From Ruminococcus sp. (GTDB taxonomy: Bacteria; Bacillota; Clostridia; Oscillospirales; Ruminococcaceae), in the NCBI RefSeq assembly GCF_017549005.1, contig NZ_JAFYYT010000029.1, positions 266 to 64,265 of the forward strand: DNA of 64,000 bases. Direction: 5' to 3'. How positions within the stretch are numbered: position 1 is the first letter of the stretch; each line of letters starts with the position of its first letter. Below the pieces are notes generated by a model that made no database searches, had not been told where the DNA came from, and saw nothing but the letters and a program-made list of their open reading frames with translations. The translations under genes and the position numbers were made by a program. Positions 27,061 through 35,352 of the stretch are shown here, piece after piece.

Positions 27061-28769
27061 ACAAAAGCAAAACTCCCGTTATTATTGCTATTATCGGTGC
27101 TATCATAACTGCGGCGATGATAATCGCAGTTATCAACAAAACCTCTTCGAGGAACAACAATCCGCCTGTTACAAATAACAATAGTAATAAGGTATCTATC
27201 AACGAGCCCGAAGACAAGCTTCAGAAATGCCTGAAAAAAATAAACATTATCAGCACAGAGAAGATAAAGGGCACTGTTGACTATTCGGATAATAGCTCTG
27301 CCAATCTCCCGAATATCGAGACAAAGTATCCCCTCACCATTGTCGGTGACGGCGATGTGGATATCGAGATATTCTCCACCTCTGAAAAGGCAGGCAAGAA
27401 CAACAACGGCTGGCTCAACGAGACTGCGGAGGAGTTCAACAATCAGAGGAACCGCCTCTCAAACGGAATGATCGCTTCCGTAAGCGTAAGAAGTATTCCC
27501 TCGGGAGCTTCATCTGACTATATATCCAATAATGTATATCTCCCCCAGGCTTATACGCCTTCAAACGAGCTCTTCGGCAAGCTTGCAATGGAAGCGGGCG
27601 CCAAGCTTAAACTTGAGGCTGAGTCTCTCGTTGCAAATACGGCAGGTATTGCTATTTCGCGCACTGCCGCTTCAACTATAAATTCAAAATACGGCTCTGT
27701 GACCTATGAGAACGTTGTTGACGCTGTTGTGAACGGCGAGCTGCAGATGGGTTATACATACCCTTATACTTCGGCTACAGGTCTCAACTTCCTGGTAAAT
27801 GCCCTCCAGCACTTCGACAGTGACAATATCCTCAGTGAAACGGCTGTTTCAAAGTTCCAGCAGCTCCAGAAGAGCATTCCTTTCGTATGCTACACTACAG
27901 ACCAGATGGTAAACGCTATGCAGAGCGGCACGCTCCAGGCAGGCGTTGTGGAATATCAGGCTTACACAAACAGCCCCGTACTCAAGGGCGGCTATGACTT
28001 CGTACCTTTCGGCTACAAGCACAGCAATCCCCTTTACAGCGTCGGCGACCTTACACAGGAACAGCAGGAGGCTCTTGATCTTTTCCTGAACTATGCACTC
28101 AGCAGCGGTCCTCAGCAGCACGCAAGAGATTACGGCTTCGCTCCCGACAGCAGCTACAGCTATAACACCAGGGACATCAGCGGCGGCGATATAATCAGCG
28201 CTCAGCGCCTCTGGAAAGAGGAAAAGGACTCGGGTACTCCAACTATCGCTCTGTTTATCGCAGACGTTTCGGGAAGTATGATCGGCGATCCCCTCAACCG
28301 TCTCAAGGAGTCTCTGTTAGAAGCTTCAAAGAATATCAAGTCGGATAACTATGTCGGTCTCATCTCCTATAATGACGATGTAAAGCTCAATCTTCCCATA
28401 GCTCAGTTCGACCTCGAACAGCGCTCATACTTCGCAGGAGCTGTGGAGAAAATGAAGGCAGGCGGCAATACCGCTACCTATGATGCTCTTCTCGTTGGCA
28501 TCAACATGATAAACGAGTACAAGGAGAGCATTCCGGGCGCCAAGACAATGATATTCGTCCTCAGTGACGGACAGTGCAACCGCGGCGTTGAGTATAATAC
28601 CTCCGCAGGTATAGTTAGTCATTACGGAATACCAATATATACTATCGGATACAACGAGGAGATCAACTCCCTCAAGGACCTCTCCTCCATAAACGAAGCA
28701 GTTTATATCGACGCTGACAGCGACGACGTTGTATACGAGCTCGCTGCTCTCTTCAATGCACAGATGTAA
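27057..28769 (+). CDS. Membrane-anchored protein with periplasmic-binding-protein-like region and C-terminal von Willebrand factor A (vWA) domain
   Basis: N-terminal TM segment (VIIAIIGAIITAAMIIAVI). C-terminal vWA domain with MIDAS motif 'IALFIADVSGSM', followed by 'GGNTATYDAL' and 'MIFVLSDGQCN'. Confidence 0.8.
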   Translation: MNKSKTPVIIAIIGAIITAAMIIAVINKTSSRNNNPPVTNNNSNKVSINEPEDKLQKCLKKINIISTEKIKGTVDYSDNSSANLPNIETKYPLTIVGDGDVDIEIFSTSEKAGKNNNGWLNETAEEFNNQRNRLSNGMIASVSVRSIPSGASSDYISNNVYLPQAYTPSNELFGKLAMEAGAKLKLEAESLVANTAGIAISRTAASTINSKYGSVTYENVVDAVVNGELQMGYTYPYTSATGLNFLVNALQHFDSDNILSETAVSKFQQLQKSIPFVCYTTDQMVNAMQSGTLQAGVVEYQAYTNSPVLKGGYDFVPFGYKHSNPLYSVGDLTQEQQEALDLFLNYALSSGPQQHARDYGFAPDSSYSYNTRDISGGDIISAQRLWKEEKDSGTPTIALFIADVSGSMIGDPLNRLKESLLEASKNIKSDNYVGLISYNDDVKLNLPIAQFDLEQRSYFAGAVEKMKAGGNTATYDALLVGINMINEYKESIPGAKTMIFVLSDGQCNRGVEYNTSAGIVSHYGIPIYTIGYNEEINSLKDLSSINEAVYIDADSDDVVYELAALFNAQM

Positions 28770-28794
28770 TTGCTTAAAGTGATAATATCAGACA

Positions 28795-28820
28795 GGGCTG
28801 CCTTTGGCAGCCCTTCATTC
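28795..28820 (+). terminator. Intrinsic terminator
   Basis: GGGCTGCC-TTT-GGCAGCCC hairpin followed by TTCATTC, a weak U-tract. Confidence 0.5.
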
Positions 28821-28849
28821 TGTCAAACCACCTATATTATTTAAGGAGA

Positions 28850-28953
28850 CGCCCTCACTTGCGGAGCGCTTTGAGGGTATATGTGGTAATTTGCCCCACT
28901 CCCCACCAGAGGCGCTGTCTCTGGACTCCGCCAAAGGGTTGTAAACCCTTTGG
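28850..28953. repeat. Structured intergenic element with three consecutive hairpins; REP/MITE-like candidate
   Basis: The hairpins are GCCCTCA...TGAGGGT, CCAGAG-gcgctgt-CTCTGG and CCAAAGGGTT-gt-AAACCCTTTGG. The spurious minus-strand ORF over this region (…FQRVYNPLAESRDSASGGEWG…) looks like the 'hypothetical proteins' produced by intergenic repeats in Clostridia. Confidence 0.35.
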
Positions 28954-29232
28954 AATCCCTTCCATGAGTAAATTGACTTTCTCTTTACAAAAAAGCACTT
29001 TCTATAAGAGGGCTGAAATGAGGAAGTATTAAACGCTTTTCCGTTTAATAAGAAAAAAATAATTTTCAGATTCCACTTTGTGCATAAAACCGCACCCATT
29101 CTCAGTACGCCTTTTGTCGTCTGTGAACATATGCCCGTCAGCAGACCTATACTCAAAACTCAGGACGTCGGGGATCCACGTCCCTGCATTAATATCCATG
29201 TTATCAGTTCCCGAAAAGCGCCACCACAGACA

Positions 29233-29262
29233 TTGACAAGGGCGCTTTTTTTATGATATAAT
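29233..29262 (+). promoter_or_regulatory. Sigma-A promoter of the MutS-like gene
   Basis: TTGACA (29233-29238), an 18-nt spacer, then TGaTATAAT (TATAAT at 29257-29262). Confidence 0.6.
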
Positions 29263-29306
29263 TGGAATAATTAATGAATACTGTTCAAAAAGGAGCGTTA
29301 TCAAAG

Positions 29307-31031
29307 ATGAATGTTAAAAAGCGTTTCAGTATCCTTTTCCCCGATCATGAAAATGTGACCTATAAACAGCTCACGGAAACCACCTGCCACGATCTCGGTC
29401 TTGACATTCTCTGCCGTGAGCTCACACTTGACAAAAGAGAACAGAACATAATCATGAACGTTATCTCAAATATGACCTCTGACGCGAAAACGGCTTTTTA
29501 CAGGCAGAAAGTGTTTGCGGATATCCTAAGGCTCCCCGATCTCAGAAAAAAACTTTCCGACATCTTTGACAGGATAGAATATATCAGGACATTCAACTCA
29601 GGCAACCTCGAAATTGACGAAAAAATCGGTTTCTGGCTGCTTATGCACAGGCTCAACGAGCTCAGCGACTATATCAAATGTTTGGAGTCAATGAGAGAGT
29701 GCCTTTCCGACGCGGATATACAGTCTGAGGGGCTTACCGCTTTCAGGGACTACCTTGATATTCTCTATGATGAGGCTCACTTCAAGGCTATGAAAAAAGA
29801 TATCGCCGAGCTGAAAGCCAGTACATCGAATATACAGAGCGTTACCCTCGGCGTAAACGTAAATTCAAGGTTTGAAGCAGTAAGTCTCGGCCTTGTGTCG
29901 GTCAACAGCAAGCCCTTCAAAAAGTCCAATATAGTAAGCAACTTTGCCGACGCTATATCCGATAAGGACAGGATTCAGGACAGCACCGACTGGGACGGCG
30001 ATATGCACTATCATCATGTGGATAAGGATCACAGCAATGGGCCTGCCAAATTCATCGAAAATATCAGCGGTATGCTTACTATAACAAAGACTCCTTTTAT
30101 GGACGGCAGGATAAGATCAACTATCGTACAGAACATAAATAACGATGATTCGGCAGGAGCTACCTTCTACCTTGACAAGGTAATGAACAAAATGATCGGC
30201 TCCGTCATAAAGAAGCTGAGAAGCGTTCTCACTGAATACGCAGATATCGCTATTGTGGATATCTCCAACGTTATCCCCGAATTCATGTACTATATCAGGT
30301 TCGCGGAGTTTATCGAAAAGCTCACTGAAAAGGGATTCGGGTTCTGTGAGGCACAGCTCTCGTACAAGAGCAATGTCTCTATGGACGCAAAGGAGCTCTA
30401 CAACCTCAGGCTCGCCCTCAGTCTTGAAAACAGCAGCGAGATAGTATATAACGACCTCGGCTTCGACAACGAGCATAATCTTTATATCCTCACAGGAGCG
30501 AACCGCGGAGGTAAAACCACAGTAACACAGGCTGTCGGACTTCTCTATATCCTCGCGCAGGGCGGTATCTCCGTGCCTGCTTCTTCCTTTGCGTACAAGC
30601 CTGTGGACTGCATATACACCCACTTCCCTGCCGACGAGGATAAAACCCTTGATCTCGGCAGGCTTGGCGAGGAATGCGTGAGGTTCAAGGAGCTTTACTC
30701 CGAAGCTACAGGAAACAGCCTTGTTCTGCTGAACGAAACATTCTCAACGACCTCATTCGAGGAGGGCTTCTATATTGCCAAGGACTCCGTGAGAGCCCTT
30801 ATGAAAAAGGGCATAAGGACTATCTACAACACCCATATGCACAAGCTTGCGGCAGACATCGGCGAACTCAACAGCGAAAGCGATGTATACAAGGCGGCTT
30901 CACTCATCGTCAAGAACGAGAAAGGCAAGCGCTCTTTCAAGGTGGAGATAGCTCCCCCGGAGGGACTGTCCTATGCTAAGGATATTGCCGAAAAATACGG
31001 TGTTACTTATGAAATGCTCACAGGAGAATGA
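29307..31031 (+). CDS. MutS-family ATPase (domain V only, no mismatch-binding domain)
   Basis: 'LTGANRGGKTTVTQAVGLLYILAQGGISVPA' (Walker A variant of MutS GPNMGGKS), 'SLVLLNETFSTTSFEEG' (Walker B) and 'TIYNTHMHKLA'. The predicted promoter leaves too little room before the ATG at 29274, and AAGGAG lies 10 nt before the ATG at 29307. Confidence 0.8.
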   Translation: MNVKKRFSILFPDHENVTYKQLTETTCHDLGLDILCRELTLDKREQNIIMNVISNMTSDAKTAFYRQKVFADILRLPDLRKKLSDIFDRIEYIRTFNSGNLEIDEKIGFWLLMHRLNELSDYIKCLESMRECLSDADIQSEGLTAFRDYLDILYDEAHFKAMKKDIAELKASTSNIQSVTLGVNVNSRFEAVSLGLVSVNSKPFKKSNIVSNFADAISDKDRIQDSTDWDGDMHYHHVDKDHSNGPAKFIENISGMLTITKTPFMDGRIRSTIVQNINNDDSAGATFYLDKVMNKMIGSVIKKLRSVLTEYADIAIVDISNVIPEFMYYIRFAEFIEKLTEKGFGFCEAQLSYKSNVSMDAKELYNLRLALSLENSSEIVYNDLGFDNEHNLYILTGANRGGKTTVTQAVGLLYILAQGGISVPASSFAYKPVDCIYTHFPADEDKTLDLGRLGEECVRFKELYSEATGNSLVLLNETFSTTSFEEGFYIAKDSVRALMKKGIRTIYNTHMHKLAADIGELNSESDVYKAASLIVKNEKGKRSFKVEIAPPEGLSYAKDIAEKYGVTYEMLTGE

Positions 31032-31082
31032 GCTTCCCTGACAGTTTTCCATACAAAATAATGGCATTCCTTATATACACAA

Positions 31083-31116
31083 ACAGGACGGAAATATTTC
31101 CGTCCTGTCTTTTTTA
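31083..31116. terminator. Bidirectional intrinsic terminator between convergent genes
   Basis: ACAGGACGGAAATATTTCCGTCCTGT perfect hairpin followed by CTTTTTTATT. Confidence 0.75.
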
Positions 31117-31145
31117 TTCTATTCTCAAAACGCAATCTATAATTA

Positions 31146-33575
31146 TTATTGCAGATCGCCCAGCTGAGTTGCTGCACCGATAAATAACGGTACGTTGTTC
31201 TTGTCAACTATCATGTACACGAACGGTCTGTCAAGATATATGTATACCTCTTTCTTCGGTTCCGGCATTATTTCACATCCGGCTGCCATTCCTACAGCTG
31301 TTACGGCTGCTGCCTTTGTGCCTGATTCTGTCAGCTCTATCTTTGTCTTATGAAGTACCGTGGAAATATACAGGGGATCGGCTCCCTCAACGGAAAGATC
31401 GTTTATCTTTGAGAAATCAGCTCCGCCGCTGAAAGCTGTGGGCATTCCCATTTCCTTGAGGAAATCGTTCAGCGTCTTTCCGTAATCGTACTCGAACTTC
31501 GGTATCATAGTGTAAAGGTCAATACTATCGGGGTCCTCACATTCGCTGAGACCTGCAAGGAGCTTCTCGGCGTCAAGATTCTTCACATATTCAACTATAT
31601 CATTGTCACGGGGAAGTATTCCCACAAAGCTGTAATCGCCGCCTGCATAGGGCTTCTTGAAAGCGTCTGCGTCGCCGAGGTCGAAGTACTCGCGCTCCTG
31701 GCTGATAAGCTGCTTTATCGTGCGCTTATTGCCGTTAAGGTCTGTGAACTTGCCGTCGGGAGCCCAATCATACTGATTCTGCCATTCCGCCTCGAAATAC
31801 AGGGTATTTATGAGCATCATGAGCATTTCTTCATTTTCTGTGGGTTCAAGGGAGTCCTTTTCGAGGAGAGTCGGTATCATGCCCTCGGTGTTCCTGCTTA
31901 CCCAGCTGTTTATATCGGCAACTGTATCGTTGTTGAATGCAGCCTTGTACAGCTCGGCGTTATAGTACTCCTTATTCTTTTCAAGGAATTCATCATAGAC
32001 CTTGAATGTTTCCTTGTCCTTGAACCATATGGAGTCCGCCATATATACCTTTTCCTTGTCCTTCTTAGGAAGATTCCTTATATAGCCCGCCATGTACTCG
32101 TTGAGCTGACCGACAGTAAGTCCGTTTCCGAGGACCTTCTCCATTTCATCGAGTGTCTTGCCGTCAGCTCCGTTTGCGGTCATAGTAAGAGCTGCCGATA
32201 TGGAAACAGGCGAGATAAGCATATTCTCCTCTTTCTGTTTAGTAGGGTCAAATGCCTTTTTCAGCAGCTCTATGCCAAGATTCATCTCTGCAGCTGCAAA
32301 TTTTTCATCTGCTGTCCTGCCCTCGGCTGCCTGTACGCTTACCTTGTCGTCAAGGCGGACGCTGCTCATCGGGGTGGAAGTATCAGTGTTTTCCGACTTC
32401 TTGTCAAGCTCATACAGCAGACCGTCAAGGCTGAAGGCTTCCTCATATATCATCTTGTACCAGGGCTTCAGCGGATTCCTGATGAACATATTTCCCATAT
32501 GCCATACAGTTACAGTATCTCCGCCCTCATATTCAAGATCGATAGTCCAGCTTGTGCCATTATAATGATCGGGATTTTCGGAGAAATTGGTTATGAGGTG
32601 CAGCCCCGAGAGATAATCGGCTACAGCCTGAGCTTTCTCACCTTCAAATGTATACTTTCTCGTGCCCATCATGCCCGTTACAACAGCGCTTTTTATCTTG
32701 CCGTCTTTCAGTCCGAGGAGATCTGCCGCAGACTGTCCCTCGCTTATATCAAAGCCGAGAAGCTGTTTCTGTATGCTCTGCGCGTCGCCAACTGTCAGTC
32801 CGTCACCGTTGAAGTCGCCGTTTTCCTTGCCCTGAGCGGTAAGGTGGTTGTCGGCAGTACCGTTTTCGCCGTATTTATTGGGATTTGCAAGAGCCTGCAT
32901 AATAAGCACGGCGTCTGCCATATCTACTGTGCCGTCACAGTTTACGTCGCCCTTTAGCACATCATGATCGGGAGACGTGCTCGTTCCAATCGTTTCATCT
33001 GTATCTGCACCGAGATAATCAAAATAGAAATAACAGAAATGTTTATTGAGCTGTACATAATTCATAGCAGCCGCCAGAAGCTCCGCTTCTTCATCTTCGT
33101 CCTTAACCTTTGGAATAATCGCAAACTGAGCACATTTATTACCGTTACACGTCATTGCCTGCTTATGCCTGATATCAAATAATTTCTCTGGAAGAGCAGC
33201 CTCTTCTTTTATTTTTTCATCGTCAAGGACTTCTCCGAACTGATCGCCCTCATAAAGCACATTTACAATTTCATTCTGTATAATATCATTTACCTTTCCA
33301 ATCTCTCTATTTAATCTCTCTTTTGTCCATAATGTGCATTCTACACCGCTTGTCTTTTCTTTTTCATCAAGCAAGGCTTTCACTTCATCGGCTGACAGCT
33401 TGCTAAACTCGTCAAAGGTATACTCCTTTTCCGACTTTTCATCAGCTGTAGTCAGTGAAGCAGTTATATCCGTATCACTGTCTGCGTTGTCTGCATTTGC
33501 GAACGTCAATGCAGACGATGCTGCCGTCATCACTGCTGCCATTAATGCCGCAATGATCTTTTGTGATTTTCTCAT
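31146..33575 (-). CDS. Cellulosomal serpin: unknown N-terminal module + internal dockerin + unknown module + C-terminal serpin domain
   Basis: Signal peptide; dockerin GDVNCDGTVDMADAVLIMQALANPNKYG...GDGLTVGDAQSIQKQLLG. Serpin motifs: 'ISPVSISAALTMTANGADGKTLDEM', 'LINTLYFEAEWQ', an inhibitory-type hinge 'ESGTKAAAVTAVGMAAG' and 'LDRPFVYMIVD'. RBS spacing favours the ATG at 33575. Confidence 0.85.
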   Translation of the reverse strand: MRKSQKIIAALMAAVMTAASSALTFANADNADSDTDITASLTTADEKSEKEYTFDEFSKLSADEVKALLDEKEKTSGVECTLWTKERLNREIGKVNDIIQNEIVNVLYEGDQFGEVLDDEKIKEEAALPEKLFDIRHKQAMTCNGNKCAQFAIIPKVKDEDEEAELLAAAMNYVQLNKHFCYFYFDYLGADTDETIGTSTSPDHDVLKGDVNCDGTVDMADAVLIMQALANPNKYGENGTADNHLTAQGKENGDFNGDGLTVGDAQSIQKQLLGFDISEGQSAADLLGLKDGKIKSAVVTGMMGTRKYTFEGEKAQAVADYLSGLHLITNFSENPDHYNGTSWTIDLEYEGGDTVTVWHMGNMFIRNPLKPWYKMIYEEAFSLDGLLYELDKKSENTDTSTPMSSVRLDDKVSVQAAEGRTADEKFAAAEMNLGIELLKKAFDPTKQKEENMLISPVSISAALTMTANGADGKTLDEMEKVLGNGLTVGQLNEYMAGYIRNLPKKDKEKVYMADSIWFKDKETFKVYDEFLEKNKEYYNAELYKAAFNNDTVADINSWVSRNTEGMIPTLLEKDSLEPTENEEMLMMLINTLYFEAEWQNQYDWAPDGKFTDLNGNKRTIKQLISQEREYFDLGDADAFKKPYAGGDYSFVGILPRDNDIVEYVKNLDAEKLLAGLSECEDPDSIDLYTMIPKFEYDYGKTLNDFLKEMGMPTAFSGGADFSKINDLSVEGADPLYISTVLHKTKIELTESGTKAAAVTAVGMAAGCEIMPEPKKEVYIYLDRPFVYMIVDKNNVPLFIGAATQLGDLQ

Positions 33576-33599
33576 AAGAACCATCCTTTCATAAATAAA

Positions 33600-34598
33600 T
33601 TATTGCCGCGGGGGTATTGTTTTTATTATTTCGTAAATATCCATGCCGCTTCTGCAGTACAGATAATACTCTTCATTCTCCTGAAACCTTATTGCAACAG
33701 CGTCATCACCGACATAACCGCTGACAGCGTATACGTCTGCCGAACACTTCTTTTCCTCGCCTGCGATACGCTGACCGCTGAGCATTTCCGCGCTGTCTGT
33801 CCATGCTCCCACTACATCGGGCGAGATCATGTACAGGCTGTTGTAGACATAGTCACTGCCGTAAATGTATGCATATGGATAGCGCTCGTTTATCGGAAGC
33901 TGTAACCATTGCTGCTCCTCATAGCCGCTGTCGTCTCCGCCTGAACCGCCGCCACTCATGCCGCCTGTTCCGCCTCCGAAACCGCTGCCTCCGCCGCTGT
34001 AGCCGCCTGCACCGCCGTTCTGACCGCCGTTATTGCCGTCGCCTGTAAGGCCGCCGTTTCCGCCGTCATCACCGCCCGGAACTTCGTCTGTCCTTGTGGT
34101 GGTTACTTCCCGTGTAGTCACCGTATTGGCTGCCGTAGTTGCAGATGTCACGGTAGTTTTCAATGTAGTTTCAGCTGTAGTGCGCTCAGTAGCCGCTGCT
34201 GTCGTTACACGAGTTGAAGCCTTCTGCGTGGTATCTGCCGCTGTAGCCACATCAGTTTTTGCTGTAGTGACAGTGGTCGCCGATACAGTCGTTTTTGTGC
34301 CGCTCTTTTCGGCTGTGGTCACAGCTGTTGTGCGGGCCGTGGCTGCTCTTGTTGTGGTAATGGGCATAGCTGTGCCCTGTACGGAGGTCGTTTCCGCTTC
34401 TATGATATTATCAGGGACAGGAATCGTATCGGGACGGGTATGACCCTTCCATACGCCAAAACCGATAATAACAGCACCTATCACGCCTGCCGCCGCAGGT
34501 ATCACCCTTTTGGCAACAGCTTTCCTGTGCTTTCTCTTTTTCTCGGTTTCATCGCGGACTTCAAGTACATATTTTGCCATTTCTTCATATGTTTTCAT
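33600..34598 (-). CDS. Single-pass membrane protein with Thr/Gly-rich extracellular linker; putative anti-sigma/sensor partner of the upstream ECF sigma
   Basis: Start 'MKTYEEMAKYV' at 34598, overlapping the sigma gene end by 14 nt. About 35 cytoplasmic aa with a KKRKHRK stretch, then TM segment AAAGVIGAVIIGFGVW, a T-rich and G-rich linker, and a ~100-aa C-terminal domain. Paralogue of 40912..41730. Confidence 0.6.
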   Translation of the reverse strand: MKTYEEMAKYVLEVRDETEKKRKHRKAVAKRVIPAAAGVIGAVIIGFGVWKGHTRPDTIPVPDNIIEAETTSVQGTAMPITTTRAATARTTAVTTAEKSGTKTTVSATTVTTAKTDVATAADTTQKASTRVTTAAATERTTAETTLKTTVTSATTAANTVTTREVTTTRTDEVPGGDDGGNGGLTGDGNNGGQNGGAGGYSGGGSGFGGGTGGMSGGGSGGDDSGYEEQQWLQLPINERYPYAYIYGSDYVYNSLYMISPDVVGAWTDSAEMLSGQRIAGEEKKCSADVYAVSGYVGDDAVAIRFQENEEYYLYCRSGMDIYEIIKTIPPRQ

Positions 34599-35139
34599 AT
34601 TTGAAGCCCCCCTTTTCAAGTTCTGTCCTAAGTGCCTTCCTTGCATTATACAGGAGATTTTCTATCTGTTTTCTTGACCTTCCGATGATCTTTGCAGTTT
34701 CCTCATTGCTGAACTCCTCGAAATAGGTAAGGTACAGCACCTGCTGATACTCCTCCTTTAGCCTGCATATAGCATGGCGGAGGTTTATCTTCTGCTCGCT
34801 GACAAGATAGCTCTGTTCAAGGTCGGCTTCGTCCGCAAGTATACCGCAGTCGCTGAGAGGTACTCCCCTGTTTCTGCGGAGCTTTCTCACGTTGTCTATA
34901 GCGATATTCCTGCCGATAGTGTAAAGCCAGGTCTTGAATGAGCTTTTGCCGTTGAATCTCGGCTTCTTCACGGCGAGCCTGATAAAGGTATCCTGCACGC
35001 AGTCCTCGGCTGCGCTGATATCATCGGTATAACTACGCAGATACAGCATGAGACCGTCCCTGAACTCACGGACTATCTCGACCATACCGCTGTCATCGCC
35101 TGCAAGGAAACGGCGGTAGCTACTTTCACCGTTATCCAT
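34585..35139 (-). CDS. ECF-type sigma-70 family RNA polymerase sigma factor (paralogue 1)
   Basis: 184 aa. Region 2: 'EDCVQDTFIRLAVKKPRF...FKTWLYTIGRNIAIDNVRK'. Region 4: 'YQQVLYLTYFEEFSNEETAKIIGRSRKQIENLLYNARKAL'. Confidence 0.9.
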   Translation of the reverse strand: MDNGESSYRRFLAGDDSGMVEIVREFRDGLMLYLRSYTDDISAAEDCVQDTFIRLAVKKPRFNGKSSFKTWLYTIGRNIAIDNVRKLRRNRGVPLSDCGILADEADLEQSYLVSEQKINLRHAICRLKEEYQQVLYLTYFEEFSNEETAKIIGRSRKQIENLLYNARKALRTELEKGGFKYENI

Positions 35140-35176
35140 GTATGGACTCCTTTCGCGTCTGATCCTGCGCTCTTTA

Positions 35177-35213
35177 CATATTAGACGTAACGAGAGCGGA
35201 AAAACACTAAGCT
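35177..35213 (-). promoter_or_regulatory. Conserved bipartite motif (candidate ECF-dependent promoter) upstream of sigma paralogue 1
   Basis: Minus strand reads AGCTTAGTGTTTTTCCG-CTCTCGTT-ACGTCTAATATG. The 17-mer and the 11-mer recur identically, with the same 8-nt spacing, at 37272-37307. 'CGTC' matches the ECF -10 core. Confidence 0.55.
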
Positions 35214-35309
35214 GATTTCAGGTTAAAATAAAAAATTATGTAAGAATGGTTCGTTCGCTAATATTAATCTAACATCTATACTGCGGATTGTCAATAGTTT
35301 TACGGAAAT

Positions 35310-35346
35310 AAAAAAAGCTCCGCTCACCGAAGCAAGCAGAGCTCAT
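35310..35346 (-). terminator. Intrinsic terminator after 35353..37185
   Basis: Minus strand reads GAGCTCTGC-ttgcttcggtga-GCGGAGCTT followed by TTTTTTTATTT. Confidence 0.6.
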
Positions 35347-35352
35347 ATCGTT

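Noticed and set aside
28815-29156. 113-aa minus-strand ORF in the vWA/MutS-like intergenic region
   Set aside because: It has no RBS, spans the hairpin-rich repeat-like element, and its sequence looks like translated intergenic repeat. I report the region as a structured element instead.
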